A stretch of 64,000 nucleotides of DNA from Eledone cirrhosa (lineage: Eukaryota). This document shows, in pieces, positions 45,814-61,100 of the stretch. The notes below the pieces were generated by a model. The model did not search any database, was not told the DNA's origin, and saw only the letters and a program-made list of their open reading frames with translations. Within the stretch, counting starts at the first letter, position 1. The number at the start of each line of letters is the position of its first letter. The DNA lies in NCBI GenBank assembly GCA_964016885.1, contig OZ024740.1, forward strand, positions 33,232,001 through 33,296,000. Direction: 5' to 3'. The position numbers were made by a program, and so were the translations under genes.

Positions 45814-47629
45814 AGTGTTCATCTATATATTCTAGATAGAAAGTGTTCATCTATATATTCCAGATAGAAAGTGTTCATCTATATATTCTAGATAGAAAGT
45901 GACCATCTATATATTCTAGATAGAAAGTGACCATCTATATATTCTAGATAGAAAGTGACCATGTATATATTCTAGATAGAAAGTAACCATCTATATATTT
46001 TAGATTGAAAATGACCATCTATATATATATTCTAGATAGAAAGTGTTCATATATATATTCTAGATAGAAAGTGTTCATCTATATATTCTAGATAGAAAGT
46101 GACCATCTATATATTCTAGATAGAAAGTGTTCATCTATATATTCTAGATAGAAAGTGACTATCTATATATTCTAGATAGAAAATGACAATCTATATATTT
46201 CAGATAGAATGTGACCATCTATATATTTTAAATAGAAAATGACCATCTATATATTCTAGATAGAAAGTGACCATCTATATATTTTAGATAGAAAGTGACC
46301 ATCTATATATTTTAGACAGAAAGTGTTCATCTATATATTCTAGATAGAAAGTGACCATCTATATATTCCAGATAGAAAGTGTTCATCTATATATCCCAGA
46401 TAGAAAGTGTTCATCTATATATTCTACATAGAAAGTGTTCATCTATATATTTTAGATAGAAAGTGTTTATTTATATATTCTAGATAGAAAGTGTTCATCT
46501 ATATATTCCAGATAGAAAGTGTTCATCTATATATTCTAGATAGAAAGTGACCATCTATATATTCTAGATAGAAAGTGTTCATCTATATATTCTAGATAGA
46601 AAGTGACTATCTATATATTCTAGATAGAAAATGACAATCTATATATTTCAGATAGAATGTGACCATCTATATATTTTAAATAGAAAATGACCATCTATAT
46701 ATTCTAGATAGAAAGTGTTCATCTATATGTTCTAGATAGAAAGTGACCATCTATATATTCCAGATAGAAAGTGTTCATCTATATATTCTAGATAGAAAGT
46801 GTTCATCTATATATTCTACATAGAAAGTGTTCATCTATATATTTTAGATAGAAAGTGTTTATTTATATATTCTAGACAGAAAGTGTTCATCTATATATTC
46901 TAGATAGAAAGTGACCATCTATATATTCTAGATAGAATGTATTCATCTATATTTTCTAGATAGAAAGTGACCATCTATATATTCTAGATAGAAAGTGTTC
47001 ATCTATATATTCTAGATAGAAAGTGACTATCTATATATTCTAGATAGAAAATGACAATCTATATATTTCAGATAGAATGTGACCATCTATATATTTTAAA
47101 TAGAAAATGACCATCTATATATTCTAGATAGAAAGTGACCATCTATATATTTTAGATAGAAAGTGACCATCTATATATTTTAGACAGAAAGTGTTCATCT
47201 ATATATTCTAGATAGAAAGTGTTCATCTATATATTCTAGATGGAAAGTGACCATCTATATATTCCAGATAGAAAGTGTTCATCTATATATTCTAGATAGA
47301 AAGTGTTCATCTATATATTCTACATAGAAAATGTTCATCTATATACTTTAGATAGAAAGTGTTTATTTATATATTCTAGATAGAAAGTGTTCATCTATAT
47401 ATTCTAGATAGAAAGTGACCATCTATATATTCTAGATAGAATGTATTCATCTATATTTTCTAGATAGAAAGTGACCATCTATATATTCTAGATAGAAAGT
47501 GACCATCTATATATTCTATATAGAAAGTGACCATTTATATATTTTAGATAGAAAGTGTTCATCTATATATTCCAGATAGAAAGTGTTCATCTATATAATC
47601 TAGATAGAAAGTGTTCATCTATATATTCT

Positions 47630-50600
47630 AGATAGAAAGTGACCATGTATATATTCTAGATAGAAAGTAACCATCTATATATTTTAGATTGAAAATGACC
47701 ATCTATATATATATTCTAGATAGAAAGTGTTCATATATATATTCTAGATAGAAAGTGTTCATATATATATTCTAGATAGAAAGTGTTCATGTATATATTC
47801 TAGATAGAAAGTGTTCATCTATATATTCCAGATAAAAAGTGTTCATCTATATATTCTACATAGAAAGTGTTCACCTATATATTTTAGATAGAAAGTGTTT
47901 ATTTATATATTCTAGATAGAAAGTGTTCATCTATATATTTTAGATAGAAAGTGACCATCTATATATTCTATATAGAAAGTGACATCTATATATTTTAGAT
48001 AGAAAGTGTTCATCTATATATTCTAGATAGAAAATGACCATCTATATATTTTAGATAGAAAGTGACCATCTATATATTTTAGACAGAAAGTGTTCATCTA
48101 TATATTCTACATAGAAAGTGTTCATCTATATATTTTAGATAGAAAGTGTTTATTTATATATTCTAGATAGAAAGTGTTCATCTATATATTCTAGATAGAA
48201 AGTGACCATCTATATATTCTAGATACAATGTATTCATCTATATTTTCTAGATAGAAAGTGACCATCTATATATTCTAGATAGAAAATGACCATCTATATA
48301 TTCTATATAGAAAGTGACCATCTATATATTCTAGATAGAAAGTGAGCATCTATATATTCTAGATAGAATGTATTCATCTATATTTTCTAGATAGAAAGTG
48401 ACCATCTATATATTCTAGATAGAAAGTGTTCATCTATATATTCTAGATAGAAAGTGACTATCTATATATTCTAGATAGAAAATGACAATCTATATATTTC
48501 AGATAGAATGTGACCATCTATATATTTTAAATAGAAAATGACCATCTATATATTCTAGATAGAAAGTGACCATCTATATATTTTAGATAGAAAGTGACCA
48601 TCTATATATTTTAGACAGAAAGTGTTCATCTATATATTCTAGATAGAAAGTGTTCATCTATATATTCTAGATAGAAAGTGACCATCTATATATTCCAGAT
48701 AGAAAGTGTTCATCTATATATTCTAGATAGAAAGTGTTCATCTATATACTTTAGATAGAAAGTGTTTATTTATATATTCTAGATAGAAAGTGTTCATCTA
48801 TATATTCTAGATAGAAAGTGACCATCTATATATTCTAGATAGAATGTATTCATCTATATTTTCTAGATAGAAAGTGACCATCTATATATTCTAGATAGAA
48901 AGTGACCATCTATATATTCTATATGGAAAGTGACCATTTATATATTTTAGATAGAAAGTGTTCATCTACAATATTCCAGATAGAAAGTGTTTATCTATAT
49001 AATCTAGATAGAAAGTGTTCATCTATATATTCTAGATAGAAAGTGACCATGTATATATTCTAGATAGAAAGTAACCATCTATATATTTTAGATTGAAAAT
49101 GACCATCTATATATATATTCTAGATAGAAAGTGTTCATATATATATTCTAGATAGAAAGTGTTCATATATATATTCTAGATAGAAAGTGTTCATCTATAT
49201 ATTCCAGATAAAAAGTGTTCATCTATATATTCTATATAGAAAGTGTTCATCTATATATTTTAGATAGAAAGTGTTTATTTATATATTCTAGATAGAAAGT
49301 GTTCACCTATATATTTTAGATAGAAAGTGACCATCTATATATTCTATATAGAAAGTGACATCTATATATTTTAGATAGAAAGTGTTCATCTATATATTCT
49401 AGAAATGACCATCTATATATTTTAGATAGAAAGTGACCATCTATATATTTTAGACAGAAAGTGTTCATCTATATATTCTAGATAGAAAGTGACCATCTAT
49501 ATATTCTAGATAGAAAATGACCATCTATATATTTTAGATAGAAAGTGTTCATCTATATATTCTAGATAGAAAGTGACCATCTATATATTCTAGATAGAAA
49601 GTGTTCATCTATATATTCTAGATAGAAAGTGACTATCTATATATTTTAGATAAAAAGTGTTCATCTATATATTCTAGATAGAAAGTGACCATCTATATAT
49701 TCTAGATAGAAAGTGTTCATCTATATATTCTAGATAGAAAGTGACTATCTATATATTCTAGATAGAAAATGACAATCTATATATTTCAGATAGAATGTGA
49801 CCATCTATATATTTTAAATAGAAAATGACCATCTATATATTCTAGATAGAAAGTGTTCATCTATATATTCTAGATAGAAAGTGACCATCTATATATTCCA
49901 GATAGAAAGTGTTCATCTATATATTCTAGATAGAAAGTGTTCATCTATATATTCTACATAGAAAGTGTTCATCTATATATTTTAGATAGAAAGTGTTTAT
50001 TTATATATTCTAGATAGAAAGTGTTCATCTATATATTCTAGATAGAAAGTGACCATCTATATATTCTAGATAGAATGTATTCATCTATATTTTCTAGATA
50101 GAAAGTGTTTATTTATATATTCTAGATAGAAAGTGTTCATCTATATATTCTAGATAGAAAGTGACCATCTATATATTCTAGATAGAATGTATTCATCTAT
50201 ATTTTCTAGATAGAAAGTGACCATCTATATATTCTAGATAGAAAGTGACCATCTATATATTCTAGATAGAAAGTGACCATCTTTATATTTTAGATAAAAA
50301 GTGTTCATCTATATATTCTAGATAGAAAGTGACCATCTATACATTCTAGATAGAGAGTGTTCATCTATATATTCTAGATAGAAAGTGTTCATCTATATAT
50401 TCCAGATAGAAAGTGTTCATCTATATATTCTACATAGAAAGTGTTCATCTATATATTTTAGATAGAAAGTGTTTATTTATATATTCTAGATAGAAAGTGT
50501 TCATCTATATATTCTAGATAGAAAGTGACCATCTACATATTCTAGATAGAATGTATTCATCTATATTTTCTAGATAGAAAGTGACCATCTATATATTCTA

Positions 50601-53230
50601 GATAGAAAGTGTTCATCTATATATTCTAGATAGAAAGTGACTATCTATATATTCTAGATAGAAAATGACAATCTATATATTTCAGATAGAATGTGACCAT
50701 CTATATATTTTAAATAGAAAATGACCATCTATATATTCTAGATAGAAAGTGACCATGTATATATTCTAGATAGAAAGTAACCATCTATATATTTTAGATT
50801 GAAAATGACCATCTATATATATATTCTAGATAGAAAGTGTTCATATATATATTCTAGATAGAAAGTGTTCATATATATATTCTAGATAGAAAGTGTTCAT
50901 ATATATATTCTAGATAGAAAGTGTTCATCTATATATTCCAGATAAAAAGTGTTCATCTATATATTCTACATAGAAAGTGTTCATCTATATATTTTAGATA
51001 GAAAGTGTTTATTTATATATTCTAGATAGAAAGTGTTCATCTATATATTTTAGATAGAAAGTGACCATCTATATATTCTATATAGAAAGTGACATCTATA
51101 TATTTTAGATAGAAAGTGTTCATCTATATATTCTAGATAGAAAATGACCATCTATATATTTTAGATAGAAAGTGACCATCTATATATTTTAGACAGAAAG
51201 TGTTCATCTATATATTCTACATAGAAAGTGTTCATCTATATATTTTAGATAGAAAGTGTTTATTTATATATTCTAGATAGAAAGTGTTCATCTATATATT
51301 CTAGATAGAAAGTGACCATCTATATATTCTAGATACAATGTATTCATCTATATTTTCTAGATAGAAAGTGACCATCTATATATTCTAGATAGAAAATGAC
51401 CATCTATATATTCTATATAGAAAGTGACCATCTATATATTCTAGATAGAAAGTGAGCATCTATATATTCTAGATAGAATGTATTCATCTATATTTTCTAG
51501 ATAGAAAGTGACCATCTATATATTCTAGATAGAAAGTGTTCATCTATATATTCTAGATAGAAAGTGACTATCTATATATTCTAGATAGAAAATGACAATC
51601 TATATATTTCAGATAGAATGTGACCATCTATATATTTTAAATAGAAAATGACCATCTATATATTCTAGATAGAAAGTGACCATCTATATATTTTAGATAG
51701 AAAGTGACCATCTATATATTTTAGACAGAAAGTGTTCATCTATATATTCTAGATAGAAAGTGTTCATCTATATATTCTAGATAGAAAGTGACCATCTATA
51801 TATTCCAGATAGAAAGTGTTCATCTATATATTCTAGATAGAAAGTGTTCATCTATATATTCTACATAGAAAGTGTTCATCTATATACTTTAGATAGAAAG
51901 TGTTTATTTATATATTCTAGATAGAAAGTGTTCATCTATATATTCTAGATAGAAAGTGACCATCTATATATTCTAGATAGAATGTATTCATCTATATTTT
52001 CTAGATAGAAAGTGACCATCTATATATTCTAGATAGAAAGTGTTCATCTATATATTCCAGATAGAAAGTGTTTATCTATATAATCTAGATAGAAAGTGTT
52101 CATCTATATATTCTAGATAGAAAGTGACCATGTATATATTCTAGATAGAAAGTAACCATCTATATATTTTAGATTGAAAATGACCATCTATATATATATT
52201 CTAGATAGAAAGTGTTCATCTATATATTCTAGATAGAAAGTGTTCATCTATATATTCTAGATAGAAAGTGACCATCTATATATTCCAGATAGAAAGTGTT
52301 CATCTATATATTCTAGATAGAAAGTGTTCATCTATATACTTTAGATAGAAAGTGTTTATTTATATATTCTAGATAGAAAGTGTTCATCTATATATTCTAG
52401 ATAGAAAGTGACCATCTATATATTCTAGATAGAATGTATTCCTCTATATTTTCTAGATAGAAAGTGACCATCTATATATTCTAGATAGAAAGTGACCATC
52501 TATATATTCTATATGGAAAGTGACCATTTATATATTTTAGATAGAAAGTGTTCATCTATATATTCCAGATAGAAAGTGTTTATCTATATAATCTAGATAG
52601 AAAGTGTTCATCTATATATTCTAGATAGAAAGTGACCATGTATATATTCTAGATAGAAAGTAACCATCTATATATTTTAGATTGAAAATGACCATCTATA
52701 TATATATTCTAGATAGAAAGTGTTCATATATATATTCTAGATAGAAAGTGTTCATATATATATTCTAGATAGAAAGTGTTCATCTATATATTCCAGATAA
52801 AAAGTGTTCATCTATATATTCTATATAGAAAGTGTTCATCTATATATTTTAGATAGAAAGTGTTTATTTATATATTCTAGATAGAAAGTGTTCACCTATA
52901 TATTTTAGATAGAAAGTGACCATCTATATATTCTATATAGAAAGTGACATCTATATATTTTAGATAGAAAGTGTTCATCTATATATTCTAGAAATGACCA
53001 TCTATATATTTTAGATAGAAAGTGACCATCTATATATTTTAGACAGAAAGTGTTCATCTATATATTCTAGATAGAAAGTGACCATCTATATATTCTAGAT
53101 AGAAAATGACCATCTATATATTTTAGATAGAAAGTGTTCATCTATATATTCTAGATAGAAAGTGACCATCTATATATTCTAGATAGAAAGTGTTCATCTA
53201 TATATTCTAGATAGAAAGTGACTATCTATA
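47630..53230. repeat. Block duplication with 3110-3590 bp offset in a more diverged sub-domain
   Basis: AGATACAATG 48221/51331 and AGTGAGCATC 48341/51451 are +3110. ATATGGAAAG 48921/52511 is +3590. GTTCACCTAT 49301/52890 and the 5-bp-deleted monomer AGAAATGACC 49401/52990 are +3589. Confidence 0.85.
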
Positions 53231-54579
53231 TATTCTAGATAGAAAATGACAATCTATATATTTCAGATAGAATGTGACCATCTATATATTTTAAATAGAA
53301 AATGACCATCTATATATTCTAGATAGAAAGTGACCATCTATATATTTTAGATAGAAAGTAACCATCTATATATTTTAGACAGAAAGTGTTCATCTATATA
53401 TTCTAGATAGAAAGTGTTCATCTATATATTCTAGATAGAAAGTGACCATCTATATATTCCAGATAGAAAGTGTTCATCTATATATTCTAGATAGAAAGTG
53501 TTCCTCTATATATTCTACATAGAAAGTGTTCATCTATATATTTTAGATAGAAAGTGTTTATTTATATATTCTAGAGAGAAAGTGTTCATCTATATATTCT
53601 AGATAGAAAGTGACCATCTATATATTCTAGATAGATTGTATTCATCTATATATTCTAGATAGAAAGTGACCATCTATATATTCTAGATAGAAAGTGTTCA
53701 TCTATATATTCTAGATAGAAAGTGACTATCTATATATTCTAGATAGAAAATGACAATCTATATATTTCAGATAGAATGTGACCATCTATATATTTTAAAT
53801 AGAAAATGACCATCTATATATTCTAGATAGAAAGTGACCATCTATATATTTTAGATAGAAAGTAACCATCTATATATTTTAGACAGAAAGTGTTCATCTA
53901 TATATTCTAGATAGAAAGTGTTCATCTATATATTCTAGATAGAAAGTGACCATCTATATATTCCAGATAGAAAGTGTTCATCTATATATTCTAGATAGAA
54001 AGTGTTCATCTATATATTCTACATAGAAAGTGTTCATCTATATATTTTAGATAGAAAGTGTTTATTTATATATTCTAGATAGAAAGTGTTCATCTATATA
54101 TTCTAGATAGAAAGTGACCATCTATATATTCTAGATAGAATGTATTCATCTATATTTTCTAGATAGAAAATGACCATCTATATATTCTAGATAGAAAATG
54201 ACCATCTATATATTCTATATAGAAAGTGACCATCTATATATTCTAGATAGAAAGTGACCATCTATATATTCTAGATAGAATGTATTCATATATATATTCT
54301 AGATAGAAAGTGACCATCTATATATTCCAGATAGAAAGTGTTCATCTATATATTCTAGATAGAAAGTGTTCATCTATATATTCTACATAGAAAGTGTTCA
54401 TCTATATATTTTAGATAGAAAGTGTTTATTTATATATTCTAGATAGAAAGTGTTCATCTATATATTCTAGATAGAAAGTGACCATCTATATATTCTACAT
54501 AGAATGTATTCATCTATATTTTCTAGATAGAAAGTGACCATCTATATATTCTAGATAGAAAGTGTTCATCTATATATTC

Positions 54580-56260
54580 TAGATAGAAAGTGACTATCTA
54601 TATATTCTAGATAGAAAATGACAATCTATATATTTCAGATAGAATGTGACCATCTATATATTTTAAATAGAAAATGACCATCTATATATTCTAGATAGAA
54701 TGTGACCATCTATATATTTTAGATAGAAAGTGACCATCTATATATTTTAGACAGAAAGTGTTCATCTATATATTCTAGATAGAAAGTGTTCATCTATATA
54801 TTCTAGATAGAAAGTGACCATCTATATATTCCAGATAGAAAGTGTTCATCTATATATTCTAGATAGAAAGTGTTCATCTATATATTCTACATAGAAAGTG
54901 TTCATCTATATATTTTAGATAGAAAGTGTTTATTTATATATTCTAGATAGAAAGTGTTCATCTATATATTCTAGATAGAAAGTGACCATCTATATATTCT
55001 AGATAGAATGTATTCATCTATATTTTCTAGATAGAAAGTGACCATCTATATATTCTATATAGAAAGTGACCATTTATATATTTTAGATAGAAAGTGTTCA
55101 TTTATATATTCTAGATAGAAAATGACCATCTATATATTTTAGATAGAAAGTGACCATCTATATATTTTAGACAGAAAGTGTTCATCTATATATTCTAGAT
55201 AGAAAGTGACCATCCATATAATCTAGATAGAAAGTTTTCATATATATATTCTAGATAGAAAGTGACCATCTATATATTCCAGATAGAAATTGTTCATCTA
55301 TATATTCTAGATAGAAAGTGTTCATCTATATATTCTACATAGAAAGTGTTCATCTATATATTTTAGATAGAAAGTGTTTATTTATATATTCTAGATAGAA
55401 AGTGTTCATCTATATATTCTAGATAGAAAGTGACTATCTATATATTCTAGATAGAAAATGACAATCTATATATTTCAGATAGAATGTGACCATCTATATA
55501 TTTTAAATAGAAAATGACCATCTATATATTCTAGATAGAATGTGACCATCTATATATTTTAGATAGAAAGTGACCATCTATATATTTTAGACAGAAAGTG
55601 TTCATCTATATATTCTAGATAGAAAGTGTTCATCTATATATTCTAGATAGAAAGTGACCATCTATATATTCCAGATAGAAAGTGTTCATCTATATATTCT
55701 AGATAGAAAGTGTTCATCTATATATTCTACATAGAAAGTGTTCATCTATATATTTTAGATAGAAAGTGTTTATTTATATATTCTAGATAGAAAGTGTTCA
55801 TCTATATATTCTAGATAGAAAGTGACCATCTATATATTCTAGATAGAATGTATTCATCTATATTTTCTAGATAGAAAGTGACCATCTATATATTCTATAT
55901 AGAAAGTGACCATTTATATATTTTAGATAGAAAGTGTTCATTTATATATTCTAGATAGAAAATGACCATCTATATATTTTAGATAGAAAGTGACCATCTA
56001 TATATTTTAGACAGAAAGTGTTCATCTATATATTCTAGATAGAAAGTGACCATCCATATAATCTAGATAGAAAGTTTTCATATATATATTCTAGATAGAA
56101 AGTGACCATCTATATATTCCAGATAGAAATTGTTCATCTATATATTCTAGATAGAAAGTGTTCATCTATATATTCTACATAGAAAGTGTTCATCTATATA
56201 TTTTAGATAGAAAGTGTTTATTTATATATTCTAGATAGAAAGTGTTCATCTATATATTCT
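54580..56260. repeat. Tandem duplication of a 30-monomer (840 bp) unit
   Basis: AGATAGAAATTGTTC 55281/56121 and the second ATGTGACC monomer at 54700/55540 recur at +840. The intervening lines are identical by eye. Confidence 0.9.
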
Positions 56261-57602
56261 AGATAGAAAGTGACCATCTATATATTCTAGATAGAATGTA
56301 TTCATCTATATTTTCTAGATAGAAAGTGACCATCTATATATTCTAGATAGAAAGTGTTCATCTATATATTCTAGATAGAAAGTGACTATCTATATATTCT
56401 AGATAGAAAATGACAATCTACATATTTCAGATAGAATGTGACCATCTATATATTTTAAATAGAAAATGACCATCTATATATTCTAGATAGAAAGTGACCA
56501 TCTATATATTTTAGATAGAAAGTGACCATCTATATATTTTAGACAGAAAGTGTTCATCTATATATTCTAGATAGAAAGTGTTCATCTATATATTCTAGAT
56601 AGAAAGTGACCATCTATATATTCCAGATAGAAAGTGTTCATATATATATTCTAGATAGAAAGTGTTCATCTATATATTCTACATAGAAAGTGTTCATCTA
56701 TATACTTTAGATAGAAAGTGTTTATTTATATATTCTAGATAGAAAGTGTTCATCTATATATTCTAGATAGAAAGTGACCATCTATATATTCTAGATAGAA
56801 TGTATTCATCTATATTTTCTAGATAGAAAGTGACCATCTATATATTCTAGATAGAAAGTGACCATCTATATATTCTATATAGAAAGTGACCATTTATATA
56901 TTTTAGATAGAAAGTGTTCATCTATATATTCCAGATAGAAAGTGTTCATCTATATAATCTAGATAGAAAGTGTTCATCTATATAATCTAGATAGAAAGTG
57001 TTCATCTATATATTCTAGATAGAAAGTGACCATCCATATAATCTAGATAGAAAGTTTTCATATATATATTCTAGATAGAAAGTGACCATCTATATATTCC
57101 AGATAGAAAGTGTTCATCTATATATTCTAGATAGAAAGTGTTCATCTATATATTCTACATAGAAAGTGTTCATCTATATATTTTAGATAGAAAGTGTTTA
57201 TTTATATATTCTAGATAGAAAGTGTTCATCTATATATTTGAGATAGAAAGTGACCATCTATATGTTCTATATAGAAAGTGACATCTATATATTTTAGATA
57301 GAAAGTGTTCATCTATATATTCTACATAGAAAATGACCATCTATATATTTTAGATAGAAAGTGACCATCTATATATTTTAGACAGAAAGTGTTCATCTAT
57401 ATATTCTAGATAGAAAGTGACCATCTATATATTCTAGATAGAAAATGACCATCTATATATTTTAGATAGAAAGTGTTCATCTATATATTCTAGATAGAAG
57501 GTGACCATCTATATATTCTAGATAGAAAGTGTTCATCTATATATTCTAGATAGAAAGTGACTATCTATATATTCTAGATAGAAAATGACAATCTATATAT
57601 TT

Positions 57603-58106
57603 CAGATAGAATGTGACCATCTATATATTTTAAATAGAAAATGACCATCTATATATTCTACATAGAAAGTGACCATCTATATATTTTAGATAGAAAGTGA
57701 CCATCTATATATTTTAGACAGAAAGTGTTCATCTATATATTCTAGATAGAAAGTGTTCATCTATATATTCTAGATAGAAAGTGACCATCTATATATTCCA
57801 GATAGAAAGTGTTCATCTATATATTCTAGATAGAAAGTGTTCATCTATATATTCTACATAGAAAGTGTTCATCTATATATTTTAGATAGAAAGTGTTTAT
57901 TTATATATTCTAGATAGAAAGTGTTCATCTATATATTCTAGATAGAAAGTGACCATCTATATATTCTAGATAGAATGTATTCATCTATATTTTCTAGATA
58001 GAAAGTGACCATCTATATATTCTAGATAGAAAGTGTTCATCTATATATTCTAGATAGAAAGTGACTATCTATATATTCTAGATAGAAAATGACAATCTAT
58101 ATATTT
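57603..58106. repeat. Representative complete copy of the 18-monomer (504 bp) core higher-order repeat
   Basis: The marker TTTCAGATAGAATGTGACC recurs at exactly 504 bp (C at 57603 and 58107; likewise 5503 and 6007). The fixed monomer order is GACT, AATGACAA..TTCAG, ATGTGACC..TTAAA, AATGACC, GACC..TTAG, GACC..TTAGAC, GTTC, GTTC, GACC..CCAG, GTTC, GTTC..CTAC, GTTC..TTAG, GTTTATTT, GTTC, GACC, ATGTATTC..TTTTC, GACC, GTTC. Confidence 0.93.
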
Positions 58107-61100
58107 CAGATAGAATGTGACCATCTATATATTTTAAATAGAAAATGACCATCTATATATTCTAGATAGAAAGTGACCATCTATATATTTTAGATAGAAA
58201 GTGACCATCTATATATTTTAGACAGAAAGTGTTCATCTATATATTCTAGATAGAAAGTGTTCATCTATATATTCTAGATAGAAAGTGACCATCTATATAT
58301 TCCAGATAGAAAGTGTTCATCTATATATTCTAGATAGAAAGTGTTCATCTATATATTCTACATAGAAAGTGTTCATCTATATATTTTAGATAGAAAGTGT
58401 TTATTTATATATTCTAGATAGAAAGTGTTCATCTATATATTCTAGATAGAAAGTGACCATCTATATATTCTAGATAGAATGTATTCATCTATATTTTCTA
58501 GATAGAAAGTGACCATCTATATATTCTAGATAGAAAGTGACCATCTATATATTCTAGATAGAAAGTGACCATCTTTATATTTTAGATAAAAAGTGTTCAT
58601 CTATATATTCTAGATAGAAAGTGACCATCTATACATTCTAGATAGAGAGTGTTCATCTATATATTCTAGATAGAAAGTGTTCATCTATATATTCCACATA
58701 GAAAGTGTTCATCTATATATTCTAGATAGAAAGTGACCATCTATATATTCTAGATAGAAAGTGACCATCTATATATTCTAGATAGAAAGTGACCATGTAT
58801 ATATTCTAGATAGAAAGTAACCATCTATATATTTTAGATTGAAAATGACCATCTATATATATATTCTAGATAGAAAGTGTTCATATATATATTCTAGATA
58901 GAAAGTGTTCATCTATATATTCTAGATAGAAAGTGACCATCTATATATTCTAGATAGAAAGTGTTCATCTATATATTCTAGATAGAAAGTGACTATCTAT
59001 ATATTCTAGATAGAAAATGACAATCTATATATTTCAGATAGAATGTGACCATCTATATATTTTAAATAGAAAATGACCATCTATATATTCTAGATAGAAA
59101 GTGACCATCTATATATTTTAGATAGAAAGTGACCATCTATATATTTTAGACAGAAAGTGTTCATCTATATATTCTAGATAGAAAGTGTTCATCTATATAT
59201 TCTAGATAGAAAGTGACCATCTATATATTCTAGATAGAAAATGACCATCTATATATTTTAGATAGAAAGTGTTCATCTATATATTCTAGATAGAAAGTGA
59301 CCATCTATATATTCTAGATAGAAAGTGTTCATCTATATATTCTAGATAGAAAGTGACTATCTATATATTCTAGATAGAAAATGACAATCTATATATTTCA
59401 GATAGAATGTGACCATCTATATATTTTAAATAGAAAATGACCATCTATATATTCTACATAGAAAGTGACCATCTATATATTTTAGATAGAAAGTGACCAT
59501 CTATATATTTTAGACAGAAAGTGTTCATCTATATATTCTAGATAGAAAGTGTTCATCTATATATTCTAGATAGAAAGTGACCATCTATATATTCCAGATA
59601 GAAAGTGTTCATCTATATATTCTAGATAGAAAGTGTTCATCTATATATTCTACATAGAAAGTGTTCATCTATATATTTTAGATAGAAAGTGTTTATTTAT
59701 ATATTCTAGATAGAAAGTGTTCATCTATATATTCTAGATAGAAAGTGACCATCTATATATTCTAGATAGAATGTATTCATCTATATTTTCTAGATAGAAA
59801 GTGACCATCTATATATTCTAGATAGAAAGTGTTCATCTATATATTCTAGATAGAAAGTGACTATCTATATATTCTAGATAGAAAATGACAATCTATATAT
59901 TTCAGATAGAATGTGACCATCTATATATTTTAAATAGAAAATGACCATCTATATATTCTAGATAGAAAGTGACCATCTATATATTCTAGATAGAAAGTGA
60001 CCATCTTTATATTTTAGATAAAAAGTGTTCATCTATATATTCTAGATAGAAAGTGACCATCTATACATTCTAGATAGAGAGTGTTCATCTATATATTCTA
60101 GATAGAAAGTGTTCATCTATATATTCCAGATAGAAAGTGTTCATCTATATATTCTAGATAGAAAGTGACCATCTATATATTCTAGATAGAAAGTGACCAT
60201 CTATATATTCTAGATAGAAAGTGACCATGTATATATTCTAGATAGAAAGTAACCATCTATATATTTTAGATTGAAAATGACCATCTATATATATATTCTA
60301 GATAGAAAGTGTTCATATATATATTCTAGATAGAAAGTGTTCATCTATATATTCTAGATAGAAAGTGACCATCTATATATTCTAGATAGAAAGTGTTCAT
60401 CTATATATTCTAGATAGAAAGTGACTATCTATATATTCTAGATAGAAAATGACAATCTATATATTTCAGATAGAATGTGACCATCTATATATTTTAAATA
60501 GAAAATGACCATCTATATATTCTAGATAGAAAGTGACCATCTATATATTTTAGATAGAAAGTGACCATCTATATATTTTAGACAGAAAGTGTTCATCTAT
60601 ATATTCTAGATAGAAAGTGTTCATCTATAAATTCTAGATAGAAAGTGACCATCTATATATTCCAGATAGAAAGTGTTCATCTATATATCCCAGATAGAAA
60701 GTGTTCATCTATATATTCTACATAGAAAGTGTTCATCTATATATTTTAGATAGAAAGTGTTTATTTATATATTCTAGATAGAAAGTGTTCATCTATATAT
60801 TCCAGATAGAAAGTGTTCATCTATATATTCTAGACAGAAAGTGACCATCTATATATTCTAGATAGAAAGTGTTCATCTATATATTCTAGATAGAAAGTGA
60901 CTATCTATATATTCTAGATAGAAAATGACAATCTATATATTTCAGATAGAATGTGACCATCTATATATTTTAAATAGAAAATGACCATCTATATATTCTA
61001 GATAGAAAGTGTTCATCTATATATTCTAGATAGAAAGTGACCATCTATATATTCCAGATAGAAAGTGTTCATCTATATATTCTAGATAGAAAGTGTTCAT

